Assembly: GCA_035292445.1 (NCBI GenBank)
Contig: DATDQB010000020.1
Span: 27,484 to 91,483 of the forward strand
Source of the DNA: Candidatus Omnitrophota bacterium
GTDB taxonomy: Bacteria; Omnitrophota; Gorgyraeia; Zapsychrales; Zapsychraceae
Reading direction: 5' to 3'
DNA: 64,000 nt
Of the stretch, positions 1-10,486 are shown piece by piece. Under the pieces are notes generated by a model, which searched no databases, was not told the origin of the DNA, and was given only the letters and a program-made list of their open reading frames with translations. Every line of letters starts with the position of its first letter. Within the stretch, counting starts at the first letter, position 1. The position numbers and the translations under genes are program-made.

Positions 1-131
<131 letters not shown>

Positions 132-137
132 TTATTT

Positions 138-1412
138 TTATTTGGACTTTTGCAGTACCAATCGATTGATCTTTATTTGTACACCCGCCAACAACCAAAA
201 TAATACGCTCAGCCGTAAAGAGTAGAAATTAGTATCAACAGAACTGTGAACCAAAAAAGCAAACACGCCGGCAAGCGTCCCTAAAGAAATAACCTCTAAG
301 GTTTTCTGTTCATTATACCTCTCCCTTAAAGAACGAAAGCTGTCTTGGAAAAATTTAACCAATAGGCCCATAAATGCCGCCAATCCCAATAAACCAACCT
401 CCGCAGCCAGCTGGACAAAACAATTATGCGCGTAAGTAGGCGCATACTTGGGAATCCGTCGATAAGATTGAAAGACAGGCGCATACATATTGACACCATG
501 TCCCACGAGGGGCCTATCCTTGATCATCTTCCAGCTGTCTGCCCACACCTCCAACCGCCAAGTGATGGTATTGGACCTCTTTAATAAATTCAGCGTTGAC
601 TGCGCATTGAACGACAGCGGGAAAAATACGGTCAAAAAAAGGAATAAAAGAACTAACAACGACGCTTTCATCTCAAAATTCTTTTTCCATAGGAAATAAA
701 CAATAAAGAAAAACAAAATACCGGCAATCCCTCCGGCCCACGCTCCTCTGGTAAAGGTGATCATCAACGCCCATACCATTACCCCGGACATAACAAACGC
801 TGCCCATCTTACGGATTTTGCTATACCTATAAATAAAACCGACAACGACAAAGGGATCATGGTCAGCATAAAAGCGCCCAGGCTGGCGGGAGCGTTAAAG
901 CTCGCCGTCGCGCGGCCATCCTCTGTGACCGGATGCCCATTGAAAATATCCTTTCCCAAGAAATGATACTGCCCAATAGCATCAAGGGCTGTCGCCCAGG
1001 CCGTAAAGGTAAGGATCCCCAACAAAAGAAAGATTTGCTTTCTGTTCGTGAACACTTCCTGGATGAGCCAAAAAATAGCGAACCATTCCATGAACTTTGT
1101 AATAAAATCCGCCAACGACCGCTGCCATAAGCTGCTGAAGGCAACCGAAATAAGACAGATCAACAAAAAACAATAAATGAACCGATTCAGCACGCTTTCC
1201 GGCGGCTTAAAAGCCTTTAAGAGATAACGCTTATCTTTTCGCATCAACGGCCAATGGATAGCGATCCTTTTGATGATCCACAATGCCACGCTGATAATCA
1301 CACAGCTTTCGACGACCGCTGATGAATAAGGAAGCCAAAAAGCCAAAATATAAAAGAACACACGGATCAGCTTATCAATCTTCTCGGAAAACGACGTTAC
1401 AGATGAAGGCAT
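138..1412 (-). CDS. O-antigen ligase / Wzy_C-domain polytopic membrane protein (WaaL-like)
   Basis: 424 aa with about 10 hydrophobic helices. Contains the Wzy_C/O-antigen-ligase signature block YAPTYAHNCFVQLAAEVGLLGLAAFMGLL in a periplasmic-loop position. Confidence 0.6.
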   Translation of the reverse strand: MPSSVTSFSEKIDKLIRVFFYILAFWLPYSSAVVESCVIISVALWIIKRIAIHWPLMRKDKRYLLKAFKPPESVLNRFIYCFLLICLISVAFSSLWQRSLADFITKFMEWFAIFWLIQEVFTNRKQIFLLLGILTFTAWATALDAIGQYHFLGKDIFNGHPVTEDGRATASFNAPASLGAFMLTMIPLSLSVLFIGIAKSVRWAAFVMSGVMVWALMITFTRGAWAGGIAGILFFFIVYFLWKKNFEMKASLLVLLFLFLTVFFPLSFNAQSTLNLLKRSNTITWRLEVWADSWKMIKDRPLVGHGVNMYAPVFQSYRRIPKYAPTYAHNCFVQLAAEVGLLGLAAFMGLLVKFFQDSFRSLRERYNEQKTLEVISLGTLAGVFAFLVHSSVDTNFYSLRLSVLFWLLAGVQIKINRLVLQKSK

Positions 1413-1418
1413 GGAATT

Positions 1419-2846
1419 TTAATAAGCCCCTTTGCCTTTGATGACGATCGGTATCGTCTGGAACAGGATATTCAGATCCAGCCAAAAAGACCAATTACCG
1501 ATGTACCATATGTCCCATTTCAGCAATCGTTTAAAGGAAATATCGCTGCGGCCCCGGATCTGCCAAAGCCCGGTGATGCCGGGACGGACTTCAAGCCTTT
1601 TCAATTGCCTTAGGTCTTCTTTTCGGATCTGCTCAATAGGCAAAGGCCTTGGGCCGACGAGGCTCATATCGCCCTTTAACACGTTGATAAACTGAGGCAA
1701 TTCATCCAGGCTGTACTTGCGCAACCACCGCCCCATTTTCGTCACTCTGGGGTCATCTTTGATCTTAAAGATTGGACCGTCCGCCTCATTCTTAATGCGG
1801 AGTTCTTCGAGCCTTTTGTCGGCATCCGTCTGCATGCTGCGGAATTTATAAAAATCAAAGATACGCCCGGAGCGGCCATAGCGCCTGGACACATAAAATA
1901 TGGGGCCCGGGCTGTCTAATTTGATAAAAACGGCGATGGCCGTAAAAACGGGAATAAGAACAGGCAGCGCCAATACCGTCACGATCAAATCAAAGATGCG
2001 TTTACTGATCTGCAGCCGAAGCGGGGCCGCCTCACGGTATTCTAAGACAGGGATTATGCCGATATTGTACTTGACCAGCTCTCCCGACATCAGTTCAAAC
2101 CCTTGCGGCACCACCCGCACCGCCACCCCCAATTCTTTAGCCTGCTCCAAAATATCCATAAAGACATCGCTGTCATGATAAACGGTAATGAACACCCGCT
2201 GCACAAACTCCTGGCGGCAGACTTTGGCAAAATCATTTAATTTACCGATAATTCTCGGGCCATCGTAAGCCGGGTCGTTATCTTTAAAATCATCCAAAAA
2301 CCCGACGATACGCATGCCCAACCCCTGGCGCTTGTTGATTTCAGCGGCCAGGCTCCTTCCCACCTTTCCGCCGCCGACGATCAAGACATTGGTGTTGTTA
2401 TACCCTTGGGATACCAAATATTCGACAAACCAACGTTTAATTATACGCCACAACGAAAGAAAGCAAATATTCAAACCCGTGCCGATAAACAGGATGCTGC
2501 GGGGAAATTCCTGAAGGCGCCAAAAATAAAGCGCCACGATGATAACGAGTGAGGCCAGTAAAATGGACCTGATCAACCGCGCGATTTCAAAACCTTCCAG
2601 CATTTCCCGCCGGGTTTGATACAAAGACGGCCTTGAAACTAGAAACAGCAAGGTGACCGCGATCCAGGCCGCGAAAACGGCACGGAAAGAGTTGCTCTCC
2701 AGCAAGAAAACGTTATAAAAGGAAGGTTTCCAGGGAATGGTCTCAGGCCTTAAAAAGCAGGCCAAATAAATCGCCAAAGCGATACAGGCAATATCGATGC
2801 AGATGTAGATAAAACGGACGATCGCGTTTCGGTATCTAAGTCTCAT
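1419..2846 (-). CDS. Polyprenyl-phosphate hexose-1-phosphate transferase (bacterial sugar transferase, WbaP/WcaJ-like initiating enzyme)
   Basis: 475 aa with N-terminal TM helices and a central Rossmann segment (VLIVGGGKVG). The C-terminal Bac_transf domain has the hallmark DELPQFINVLKGDMSLVGPRPLP motif. Confidence 0.85.
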   Translation of the reverse strand: MRLRYRNAIVRFIYICIDIACIALAIYLACFLRPETIPWKPSFYNVFLLESNSFRAVFAAWIAVTLLFLVSRPSLYQTRREMLEGFEIARLIRSILLASLVIIVALYFWRLQEFPRSILFIGTGLNICFLSLWRIIKRWFVEYLVSQGYNNTNVLIVGGGKVGRSLAAEINKRQGLGMRIVGFLDDFKDNDPAYDGPRIIGKLNDFAKVCRQEFVQRVFITVYHDSDVFMDILEQAKELGVAVRVVPQGFELMSGELVKYNIGIIPVLEYREAAPLRLQISKRIFDLIVTVLALPVLIPVFTAIAVFIKLDSPGPIFYVSRRYGRSGRIFDFYKFRSMQTDADKRLEELRIKNEADGPIFKIKDDPRVTKMGRWLRKYSLDELPQFINVLKGDMSLVGPRPLPIEQIRKEDLRQLKRLEVRPGITGLWQIRGRSDISFKRLLKWDIWYIGNWSFWLDLNILFQTIPIVIKGKGAY

Positions 2847-3610
2847 GGCTTCTCTTTCTGCATTTTATCCTTCACCCACGCCAAACAAGAAAGGTATAGA
2901 AAACGCGTATTGCCGAAAATATATCTTTTCCATAACCGTTGCGGCTCGCTCAAAAGCCTAAATAACCATTCCAAACCGGCCCGCTGCATCCAACGGGGAG
3001 CCTGCTTCTTTACGCCGGCGATAAAATCAAAAGCGGCGCCCACCCCGATCATCACGGGGACATCCAGTTTATCACGATGATGGAACATCCAGTATTCCTG
3101 TTTAGGGGCCCCCAGCCCGACCCATAGGATATCGGCTGAGGCATTATTGATCATCGTCAGGATCGGTGCATCTTCCGGCTCGTTCTTGTCCCGAAAAGGC
3201 GGCGCCCAATGGCCGACGATATTTATCTTGGGGAATTGGGATCTTAATTGTTGCGCCAGACGTTGATTGTTCTCCTGTGTCCCCCCGTAGAAGAAATGCC
3301 GGTACCCCCTCGCCTGTCCTTTTTCACATAAAGCCAGCATCAGATCCGGACCATAGGTACGGCCGATGGCTTTCTCCCCCCGCCATTTGCCCACCCACAC
3401 AAGGGGCATACCATCGGGCGTGACCATCCCCGCCTCATTAATGATCTGCCTGAATTGCTCATCATCCTGGGATTCAATGACCGTTGCTACGGGGGCAACG
3501 CACACATAAGTCTTAAAGCGTTGGCTGATCCACCCGTCAATGGTTTGGCAGGCCTGCTCTAAATTGGTGACCGATACACGGACGCCTAAAATGTCGAGGA
3601 TTTGGGACAT
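2843..3610 (-). CDS. WecB/TagA/CpsF-family glycosyltransferase (N-acetylmannosaminyl-type transferase)
   Basis: 255 aa with the family signature ILWVGLGAPKQEYWM. Its start codon overlaps the stop of the upstream sugar transferase. Confidence 0.8.
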   Translation of the reverse strand: MSQILDILGVRVSVTNLEQACQTIDGWISQRFKTYVCVAPVATVIESQDDEQFRQIINEAGMVTPDGMPLVWVGKWRGEKAIGRTYGPDLMLALCEKGQARGYRHFFYGGTQENNQRLAQQLRSQFPKINIVGHWAPPFRDKNEPEDAPILTMINNASADILWVGLGAPKQEYWMFHHRDKLDVPVMIGVGAAFDFIAGVKKQAPRWMQRAGLEWLFRLLSEPQRLWKRYIFGNTRFLYLSCLAWVKDKMQKEKP

Positions 3611-3716
3611 TTTTTTATTAATACTAATATTATTGAATATTTATAGGCTGTAGCTTAGCACAAGCGCTACTTTTAGAAAAGGAATTTTTAAGGGGCGGGT
3701 TGAGCTCTTGCGGGCA
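3611..3716. promoter_or_regulatory. AT-rich intergenic spacer, probable promoter region for the wecG-like/wbaP/waaL/gmd transcription unit
   Basis: At 106 nt this is one of only four sizeable non-coding gaps in the window. It is AT-rich (ttttttattaatactaatattattgaatatttatagg) and lies directly upstream of a minus-strand start. Confidence 0.3.
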
Positions 3717-5159
3717 TCACCTGCTTTGGGGCTTCAACAGTGAATCAGACATTAAAGCGATGGACAATAAGAACAAACTGGCGATCGGTAAAGAATACCT
3801 GGTCAAGACATAACAAGCGGCATAAATGCCGATAAAACCTGCCATGAACATAAACATCAAAAAAGCGTACCTTTCCCGCTCATAGTTCTTGGCCGCATCA
3901 TAAAGCTTATGCCGTTGCCGGTAACAAAAATGGACAAGATAAGAAAATCCCAAAATGGTGAGGGTTGCGATGACCAACCGGATCCCATAACGCAATAAGG
4001 TATTGTTGAACAACCGCTCCAGCCAATCGGGATACAGGACAAAACCAATGCGCGTGGATTCCCAGAAAAACAATTTAAACAATTCCACGACGAAAAAGAA
4101 AGAAAATTGGAACGGGTGTTCCATGATCTTGACTACGGCTATCTCAACCATCGCTTTATGTTTTTTTTCATCGGGATAGGCTTCTAAAAATATATTTCTT
4201 TCTATGACCGTCATATCAACCGAACCAAACCATTCTGTATATCGACACATCTCTTTACTAAAAATCTTCTCACAGACACCTGTACCGGGGATTGAAGCAA
4301 TGTGGGAGAGGATGATCTCTTTCGTTAACGGACGAGCCCGCTTTATGGCACTTCCCATGAAAAGATAATTGTATTTGCCGCCTGTGTAAGTAAAATACCC
4401 GTTATATTTCCTGTTCATTAATTTGACGACGAAAATCCCCCCATTGACCACCAATATTACCGTTAACATAAAAATAGCGGCATTCTTGCAGACATCCCAT
4501 TTTCTCATCCATAGGGAACGCAGCCATATGCTAAGAAATGGCAAAAGACTAAAAATCGTAACAGGCCAAAATACTCCCTTGCCTAAGATCAGCAGTAGTA
4601 AAACACTCGCCGTTACCAATGCTATATTGAAGCAATGCCTGGCATTTCTTTCGTAGATACGCCGCCATGATTCTCCCAACAAAATAACGGACAAAAGGAC
4701 GAAGGGAAAAGCAATGATCTCCGAGTAAAGGCTGAATGCCGCATTGACAATGGCCGGAGAAAACCCAAAATACAGTACTGTCAGGATCTTAATGAAATTA
4801 TGGACACGAAGTTTATCGAGGATATATAAAAGCAGCAGCTGGGTTGAAAAAAGCAGCATGACTTGAATGAGTTTCTGAAAATACTGATAATTCAGCGAAA
4901 AAACCTCTTCCATCTTCATGGAAAACGCGATTGTGAATATAAAAAACGGTTCCCGCTGTGGGCCATCAATAAAATAACTTAGCCAGCCCTTCTCAAAGAC
5001 CGTCCTCCCGGAGAGCTCATAATCAACGGCGTCAAAATGAATGCCCATCTCGCTCGTGAAATAAAGATACGTCCAATAACTGAAGGATAGAAAAATGACA
5101 ATGATCAAGGTCATCAAATATACCGAAGGATTCTCAAATAATTTGGCTATTTTTCTCAT
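3717..5159 (-). CDS. Polytopic membrane protein, possibly a GT-C-fold (ArnT/PMT-like) glycosyltransferase
   Basis: 480 aa with more than 10 hydrophobic helices, an acidic first loop (FDAVDYELSGRT) and a large soluble loop of about 90 aa in the middle. This architecture resembles GT-C transferases rather than a Wzx flippase. No sharp motif is visible. Confidence 0.35.
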   Translation of the reverse strand: MRKIAKLFENPSVYLMTLIIVIFLSFSYWTYLYFTSEMGIHFDAVDYELSGRTVFEKGWLSYFIDGPQREPFFIFTIAFSMKMEEVFSLNYQYFQKLIQVMLLFSTQLLLLYILDKLRVHNFIKILTVLYFGFSPAIVNAAFSLYSEIIAFPFVLLSVILLGESWRRIYERNARHCFNIALVTASVLLLLILGKGVFWPVTIFSLLPFLSIWLRSLWMRKWDVCKNAAIFMLTVILVVNGGIFVVKLMNRKYNGYFTYTGGKYNYLFMGSAIKRARPLTKEIILSHIASIPGTGVCEKIFSKEMCRYTEWFGSVDMTVIERNIFLEAYPDEKKHKAMVEIAVVKIMEHPFQFSFFFVVELFKLFFWESTRIGFVLYPDWLERLFNNTLLRYGIRLVIATLTILGFSYLVHFCYRQRHKLYDAAKNYERERYAFLMFMFMAGFIGIYAACYVLTRYSLPIASLFLLSIALMSDSLLKPQSR

Positions 5160-5183
5160 TGTATTTGCTTTATTTTTACCTAA

Positions 5184-5834
5184 TTAAGCTGATCGCTGGC
5201 GTTCAGACCACAATGTGCGCACTTTATAAATATTATTGTGTTTTGAGGAGAAGACCGCATCCGCCTGAATGGAGCGGTAAAAACGGTTCGGCCGTGCATT
5301 GTTGGCATCGACCTGGGTCATGCAGTAGTCAAACCCCCGCTCATGGAATGCCCTTAGCGCCCTTTTCATCACCAAAATGGGCGCCATGGGGATATATTCC
5401 AGATCAAAATTATTGTGCCACGTCAACAAATACGGCTTTATGCCGACGGCTTTGATCTTTCCGGGAATAACGAACCTTGATTCGAACATGTCAAACAATT
5501 CACCGGGATGCCGCAGGACCTGTTTAAAAAGTTGTATGTACTGCTTGAAACCGATCAGCTTCTTAAGATTTTTCATCGTTGAAGAAAAATCGGTCGTTGC
5601 CGTGATAAAGCACACGAGTTCATCATCTTTGAAATAGCCGAAACCGAAACACTCTTTGGAGCCTAAGATCGCCCGGTAAATGCTTCGAAGGTGTCCTTCC
5701 CCCATTTGGGCGTTGTGCGACCATTCCTGGGCGTTCTTAAAATGGATGGCGGCGCATCGGTCGGCGTCTTGGAGATTGAGTTCTCTAATCATAGACTTCG
5801 GCCTTGCTTTGATGCCGGGCAATAACACGCTCAT
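5184..5834 (-). CDS. Hypothetical protein, possible GNAT-like acyltransferase
   Basis: 216 aa. A C-terminal block (ILVMKRALRAFHERGFDYCMTQVDANNARPNRFYRSIQ) resembles GNAT motif A/B. The start probably lies at an internal Met near 5792 to avoid overlapping the GT4 gene. Confidence 0.3.
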   Translation of the reverse strand: MSVLLPGIKARPKSMIRELNLQDADRCAAIHFKNAQEWSHNAQMGEGHLRSIYRAILGSKECFGFGYFKDDELVCFITATTDFSSTMKNLKKLIGFKQYIQLFKQVLRHPGELFDMFESRFVIPGKIKAVGIKPYLLTWHNNFDLEYIPMAPILVMKRALRAFHERGFDYCMTQVDANNARPNRFYRSIQADAVFSSKHNNIYKVRTLWSERQRSA

Positions 5835-6984
5835 ATATACTTATTAATTCCTGATAATTCTTTTCCGGCGCATATTTTTCTTCAAAAGTCCTTCTCGCAT
5901 TCTGGCGCAAAGATTTCAGATCAGCCTCTTCGTACATCCATTTTATCTTTTGAGCAAGGTCCTGGCTGTCTCCGGAGGTGAAGAAAACACCGTTCTCTTT
6001 ATCCTTAACAAGTTCCCGCAAACTGCCCAAACGGCTCGCCACGACAGGCAGCCCGAAGGAAAAGCTTTCTGAGACGATCCTGGGAAAATTCTCGTAACAA
6101 CGCGAAGGGACAACGGCAAACTTGGCCTGGCTCATCAAGTCTTCCCAAGCCTCATGCGAGGTAAAGCCCAAGATCTCGATGTTTTTAAGATGGTGCTCCT
6201 CAATGAAACGATTTATCTGCTCGCGCATCGGCCCTTCGCCCGCGATCTTCAAGGGCAATGGCGCTAAAAGCCGGTAAGCCTCGAGCAGAACGTCCAATCC
6301 TTTTTCCTGGCTTAAACGGCCCATATATAACGCATAATCTTTATGCTCCTTCAGCTTATAAGAATAGCTTTCCGCAAAATTCGGTTTGACAAAGATCCTT
6401 TCCCCAGGGATACCCCCTTCAATATATTTCCTTTTTGTGAATTCTGATGCGCAAATATAAGCGTTGATCTGATTCAACCACGTTTTTTGCTTGTGATGCC
6501 TTTGCATCATCCGTGTGACAAGGGTGGTGGCCAAGCGCGAGTTTTTATAGCACTTATGCCTTATGCCCTCACCCACCCCTATCTTCAAGCAATCTTCACA
6601 GACCATGTTATCGCGGAAGAATAAGGCGTTGGCGCAAAACATGCGGAAATTATGCAAACTTTGAACAACGGGAACGCCTTCCTCCTGGCAGGCATAATAA
6701 ACAGAAGGCGTCATCATAAAGTGAACATTATGAAAATGGGCGATATCCGGCCTTTCTCTTTTTAAGATGGAGCGGACCTCCCTATAAGTTACCCTCGACC
6801 AACCAATATTCAGATAAGTAAACAGCCTTCTCAAAGGAGAAAGCGATGAAAGCTCGCGGTTATCCCGTCGATACGAAACAACCTCTTGCCCATGTTGGCC
6901 TAATAATCTCTGTTCGGAGGCAACCACCGCGTCTTCGCCTCCTTCGAACTGATATCGGTTATGTCCGATCAATATCTTCATCAA
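5785..6984 (-). CDS. Glycosyltransferase family 4 (GT-B, group 1)
   Basis: 399 aa. The C-terminal GT1/GT4 motif ENFPRIVSESFSFGLPVVASRLGSLRELV (E-x7-E) is present. Confidence 0.8.
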   Translation of the reverse strand: MMKILIGHNRYQFEGGEDAVVASEQRLLGQHGQEVVSYRRDNRELSSLSPLRRLFTYLNIGWSRVTYREVRSILKRERPDIAHFHNVHFMMTPSVYYACQEEGVPVVQSLHNFRMFCANALFFRDNMVCEDCLKIGVGEGIRHKCYKNSRLATTLVTRMMQRHHKQKTWLNQINAYICASEFTKRKYIEGGIPGERIFVKPNFAESYSYKLKEHKDYALYMGRLSQEKGLDVLLEAYRLLAPLPLKIAGEGPMREQINRFIEEHHLKNIEILGFTSHEAWEDLMSQAKFAVVPSRCYENFPRIVSESFSFGLPVVASRLGSLRELVKDKENGVFFTSGDSQDLAQKIKWMYEEADLKSLRQNARRTFEEKYAPEKNYQELISIYERVIARHQSKAEVYD

Positions 6985-6996
6985 AGGTCAACTGTT

Positions 6997-7998
6997 TTAG
7001 ACATTATAAATATCGGGTTTATAAGTCCTGATATTTTTTTTGATCCAATGGCAGGTGCTTCGCAGTCCTTCTTCCAGAGAGATCTTATCTTTCCAATTCG
7101 TCGTGGTATGCAATTTGGTGGCATTAGCCACCAAGCGATAAACTTCGCTCTTAGGGGGCCTTTTGCGTTTTTGGTCCCTCTTCACTTTGACCCGTCTTTT
7201 GATCACTCGTTGGATCACATCGATCAGCTCCGGCAGCGTTGTCTCCACCCCGCTTCCCGAGTTGAAGACTTGGCCGACGGCCTTGGGGGCTTCGGCGATC
7301 TTTAAAAAGGCCTCGACCGTATTGCCCACATAATTGAAATCACGGCTGACATCCAGATTGCCCAATTCGATTGCTTTCTTGCCCGAATAGATCTGAGAAA
7401 CGATCGTCGGGATAATGGCGCGGGCCGACTGACGCGGGCCAAAAGTATTGAAAGGCCTTAAGATGGTGACCGGCAGATCGAAGGAACGGTAAAAAGACAA
7501 CGCCAAACTATCAGCCGCCGATTTACTGGCAGCATAAGGCGATTGAGGATTAATGGGATGGCTTTCATCGATAGGCACGTATTGCGCCGTCCCATAGACT
7601 TCGCTGGTTGAAGTATGGACGATCCTTTTTACCTTGAGCTTTCTGGCCGCCTGAAGGACATTGAGCGTTCCTTTGACATTGGTATCGATATAACTATCCG
7701 GCGAATGATAACTGAAAGGGATGCCAATGAGGGCCGCTAAATGAAAAACGATCTCTGTCCCCTCCATGGCCGTCTGAACGCCGTTAGGGTCCCGCACATC
7801 CCCCGTGAACACATCGATCTTTTGGAGGATTTTTTTGGGCGCCTGCTCGATCCATCCCCAGCTGTTAAAGGAATTGTAATAAACGAAGGCCCTGACCGAA
7901 GCCCCTTTTTCGACCAACCTCTCCACTAAATGGCTCCCGATAAATCCATCGGCTCCGGTTACCAACACCCTTTTATTTTTCCAATTCATAGCACCCAA
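6997..7998 (-). CDS. NAD-dependent nucleotide-sugar epimerase/dehydratase (extended SDR)
   Basis: 333 aa with an N-terminal VLVTGADGFIGSHLVERL Rossmann motif, a TSTSEVYG block and a YAASK catalytic Y-x3-K. Confidence 0.75.
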   Translation of the reverse strand: MGAMNWKNKRVLVTGADGFIGSHLVERLVEKGASVRAFVYYNSFNSWGWIEQAPKKILQKIDVFTGDVRDPNGVQTAMEGTEIVFHLAALIGIPFSYHSPDSYIDTNVKGTLNVLQAARKLKVKRIVHTSTSEVYGTAQYVPIDESHPINPQSPYAASKSAADSLALSFYRSFDLPVTILRPFNTFGPRQSARAIIPTIVSQIYSGKKAIELGNLDVSRDFNYVGNTVEAFLKIAEAPKAVGQVFNSGSGVETTLPELIDVIQRVIKRRVKVKRDQKRKRPPKSEVYRLVANATKLHTTTNWKDKISLEEGLRSTCHWIKKNIRTYKPDIYNV

Positions 7999-8018
7999 CT
8001 TTCTTAAAATATGAACGG

Positions 8019-9515
8019 TTATATTTTAATGATCTCCCCTTGAGGCAATTGACGGCAATAGGCCAATGTCATGCCAAAAAGGCTCCATACGGGTATGGCC
8101 GTATAAGGCAACTCAAAAATAAGAAGTAAATTTGCCGCTACAAACCAGTTGATCAAACAACTGCACAAAAGCAGCCCCACCCACGACCGATGCAACACAA
8201 AAATCCTTATCATCCTATAAAATAAAATAAAGATAGAACATATGAACGCCAACCCTATTATCCCGCTTCGATAGATCAGATGTAAGTACGAATTGTGGGC
8301 TTCGACCCAGCCATCGCGGGTCCACTCCCCGTATCCCATCTTGAAGATCTCTATACTGATGGAACGAAAAGGTTTCCCGTAATCGAAACCGAATATCGGC
8401 TTCGTCTTAACGAAATCGACGATCATATCTCTCCAGATCAAAATACGAAAAAGTCCCGTGCCGATGCTTGTCTTTGACTGGTACTGCGATTCCGACGTAT
8501 CCACTTCAAGATGCAACGGCTCCTGTAACGCATTACTCATAGTTGTATCGTTCGTAGCCATATCGCTCTTCCCAAAATGAATATTCTCTGCTAATTGATC
8601 ACCTGCACGCCCTAACTTCTTAAAAGTTTTAAAGCCGAGGGCTTCCATTTTCTCTTCATTAGGATTATAAAATTTTATCTCCTCGCTTTCAACTCTCTGG
8701 AAAGAGCCTTTTTCATCAGCGATCCTTTTGTCATAGGATACATACATATCATACATTTCCCGGAACATGAAGATCGATCTAAATCCCTCGTTTTTAAAGC
8801 AAAACGTGATCCCTATCGTCATTAAAATAAACACCACAACCCCCAATACCATTTTCCGTCTGGGGACCATATCTCGAATGGAAAATAAAAGAACAACCAA
8901 AAATAGTACGCTCACCAGATTTGAAAGGATCATCATTCTTGCCGTATAGATAAATCGTGGATATGGGATCAAAACGAGCAACGCGACCAACAAGAACAAT
9001 CTTAGATATTTGTTTGGTAACGACCTGACCAAGACCAGGCCTAGGGCGGAACACATGAACAGATAATAATCACCGAAATTGTTCTCATAGAAGATAAGCA
9101 AGAAGATCAGGATGATCAAAGTACAAACGGGAACATTGAAGAAATCCCGCCTGTAGAAATAATAACCGAAGAGAATAAATATCGGATAATAATGGAGCGC
9201 CGCATGCCGCAACGCCAGAGGCCCCCACTCCAGGTATCCTATAAACGCCTTAGAAAGAACAAAGATCCCATAACAAAGGATGAGCAAATGCCATTTGGTA
9301 AACCGTATGGGCTTAAGCCGCCATTTTATCAACAACAACAAGAAACACAACGTCAGGAGAATTTCCCCCACAAAGACCGGAAAATCGAAAAAAGAGAACT
9401 GAATATGCACTTCGGCAAAAACATTCCAGTAAAGAAGATACCCAAGAGAAACACAGCCTATGGCCACAAGAGCTAAGGCGTCAACAATGAATTCTTTGTC
9501 AAAAACTTTCCCCAT
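8019..9515 (-). CDS. Wzy-like O-antigen polymerase (Wzy_C domain polytopic membrane protein)
   Basis: About 498 aa after trimming the track ORF to the internal Met (MGKVFDKEF), so that it abuts the upstream GT2 stop at 9521. It has many TM helices, a long soluble loop of about 100 aa and the C-terminal Wzy_C block WVEAHNSYLHLIYRSGIIGLAF. Confidence 0.55.
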   Translation of the reverse strand: MGKVFDKEFIVDALALVAIGCVSLGYLLYWNVFAEVHIQFSFFDFPVFVGEILLTLCFLLLLIKWRLKPIRFTKWHLLILCYGIFVLSKAFIGYLEWGPLALRHAALHYYPIFILFGYYFYRRDFFNVPVCTLIILIFLLIFYENNFGDYYLFMCSALGLVLVRSLPNKYLRLFLLVALLVLIPYPRFIYTARMMILSNLVSVLFLVVLLFSIRDMVPRRKMVLGVVVFILMTIGITFCFKNEGFRSIFMFREMYDMYVSYDKRIADEKGSFQRVESEEIKFYNPNEEKMEALGFKTFKKLGRAGDQLAENIHFGKSDMATNDTTMSNALQEPLHLEVDTSESQYQSKTSIGTGLFRILIWRDMIVDFVKTKPIFGFDYGKPFRSISIEIFKMGYGEWTRDGWVEAHNSYLHLIYRSGIIGLAFICSIFILFYRMIRIFVLHRSWVGLLLCSCLINWFVAANLLLIFELPYTAIPVWSLFGMTLAYCRQLPQGEIIKI

Positions 9516-9520
9516 AGTTG

Positions 9521-10486
9521 TCAGATATTCTGCGGGTTCATCAATATATAGGCTAATTTCTTGTCTAATCTGCGTCTTTTCAACCACCGTGAGAAAGTCG
9601 GGACCAAGGTCAACAACACGCCGGCAGAGCAAACGGCAAGCATCTTGATGTTAGTGGGGTCCAATTGCATAGCCTTGCGAAAATATGATCTGGCCCTTGT
9701 CGCGTTGGACTCGATCTCATCATAGCCCACATGAAAATAAAAATTGGCCTTGGCCTGGTTAGCCTCCCTCTGCGTGATCCATCCATTATTGGTGTGCTTA
9801 TCTATCACCGCTAACGCTTTCTCTAGACGGGAATATTTAGAGCTTTCATTAACGACATGTTTTCTGTAAACTCCCTGGACTTCATCCAAGAAAACCCCAC
9901 CTGACAAGCGCAGGATCCTCAGCCAGAGATCGAAATCTTCTGCCGTGACGATCTCTTCATTTTCATCGAAATAACCAACCTTATTCAAAATGGCGCTTCT
10001 GACAATGACCGAAGAAGAACAAATAAAATTATTTTTGGTCAGCCTTTTGTATAAAGACCCGCAGCGATCATTAATTTTAGGACCGCGGATGCTCCCATCC
10101 TCAGTTAAGTCAGGGCTTTTTATTTGAAGCTTACAAAAACACAAACCATAAGACCCATCTTTCAGAAGTAGTTCTGTTTGTTTTTCCAATTTCTCGGGAA
10201 ACCACATATCATCCGAATCAAGGAACGCGATAAAATCTCCCTTAGCCTGTTTGATCCCGAAATTGCGGGAAGCGGCAATGATGCCTTTATTGGCGAACTG
10301 ATAATAACGTATCCTTTGATCGGGAACGGACCGGACGATCTGCTCCGTCTTATCTTTTGAAAAATTATCGACAATGATCAACTCAAGATTCCTGTGTGTT
10401 TGACCTAGGACAGAGTCTATCGCTTCTTTAATAAAGGCGGCGTGATTAAAAGTCGGCATGACCACCGATATTAGCGGCTCACTCAT
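9521..10486 (-). CDS. Glycosyltransferase family 2
   Basis: 321 aa. The N-terminal GT2 motif ISVVMPTFNHAAFIKEAIDSVLGQT...ELIIVDNFSKDKT and a DSDD motif (FLDSDDMW) are present. Confidence 0.8.
   Translation of the reverse strand: MSEPLISVVMPTFNHAAFIKEAIDSVLGQTHRNLELIIVDNFSKDKTEQIVRSVPDQRIRYYQFANKGIIAASRNFGIKQAKGDFIAFLDSDDMWFPEKLEKQTELLLKDGSYGLCFCKLQIKSPDLTEDGSIRGPKINDRCGSLYKRLTKNNFICSSSVIVRSAILNKVGYFDENEEIVTAEDFDLWLRILRLSGGVFLDEVQGVYRKHVVNESSKYSRLEKALAVIDKHTNNGWITQREANQAKANFYFHVGYDEIESNATRARSYFRKAMQLDPTNIKMLAVCSAGVLLTLVPTFSRWLKRRRLDKKLAYILMNPQNI

Noticed and set aside
3611-3716. Rho-independent terminator in the 106-nt spacer (gagctc-centred palindrome)
   Set aside because: The stem is short and imperfect and there is no adjacent U-tract on the transcribed strand. 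It is recorded only as a promoter-region candidate.
8019-9632. Full-length 537-aa track ORF for the Wzy-like protein
   Set aside because: The first 39 codons overlap the upstream GT2 gene by 112 nt. An internal Met at 9515 sits 3 nt after the GT2 stop, and this is the start adopted here.
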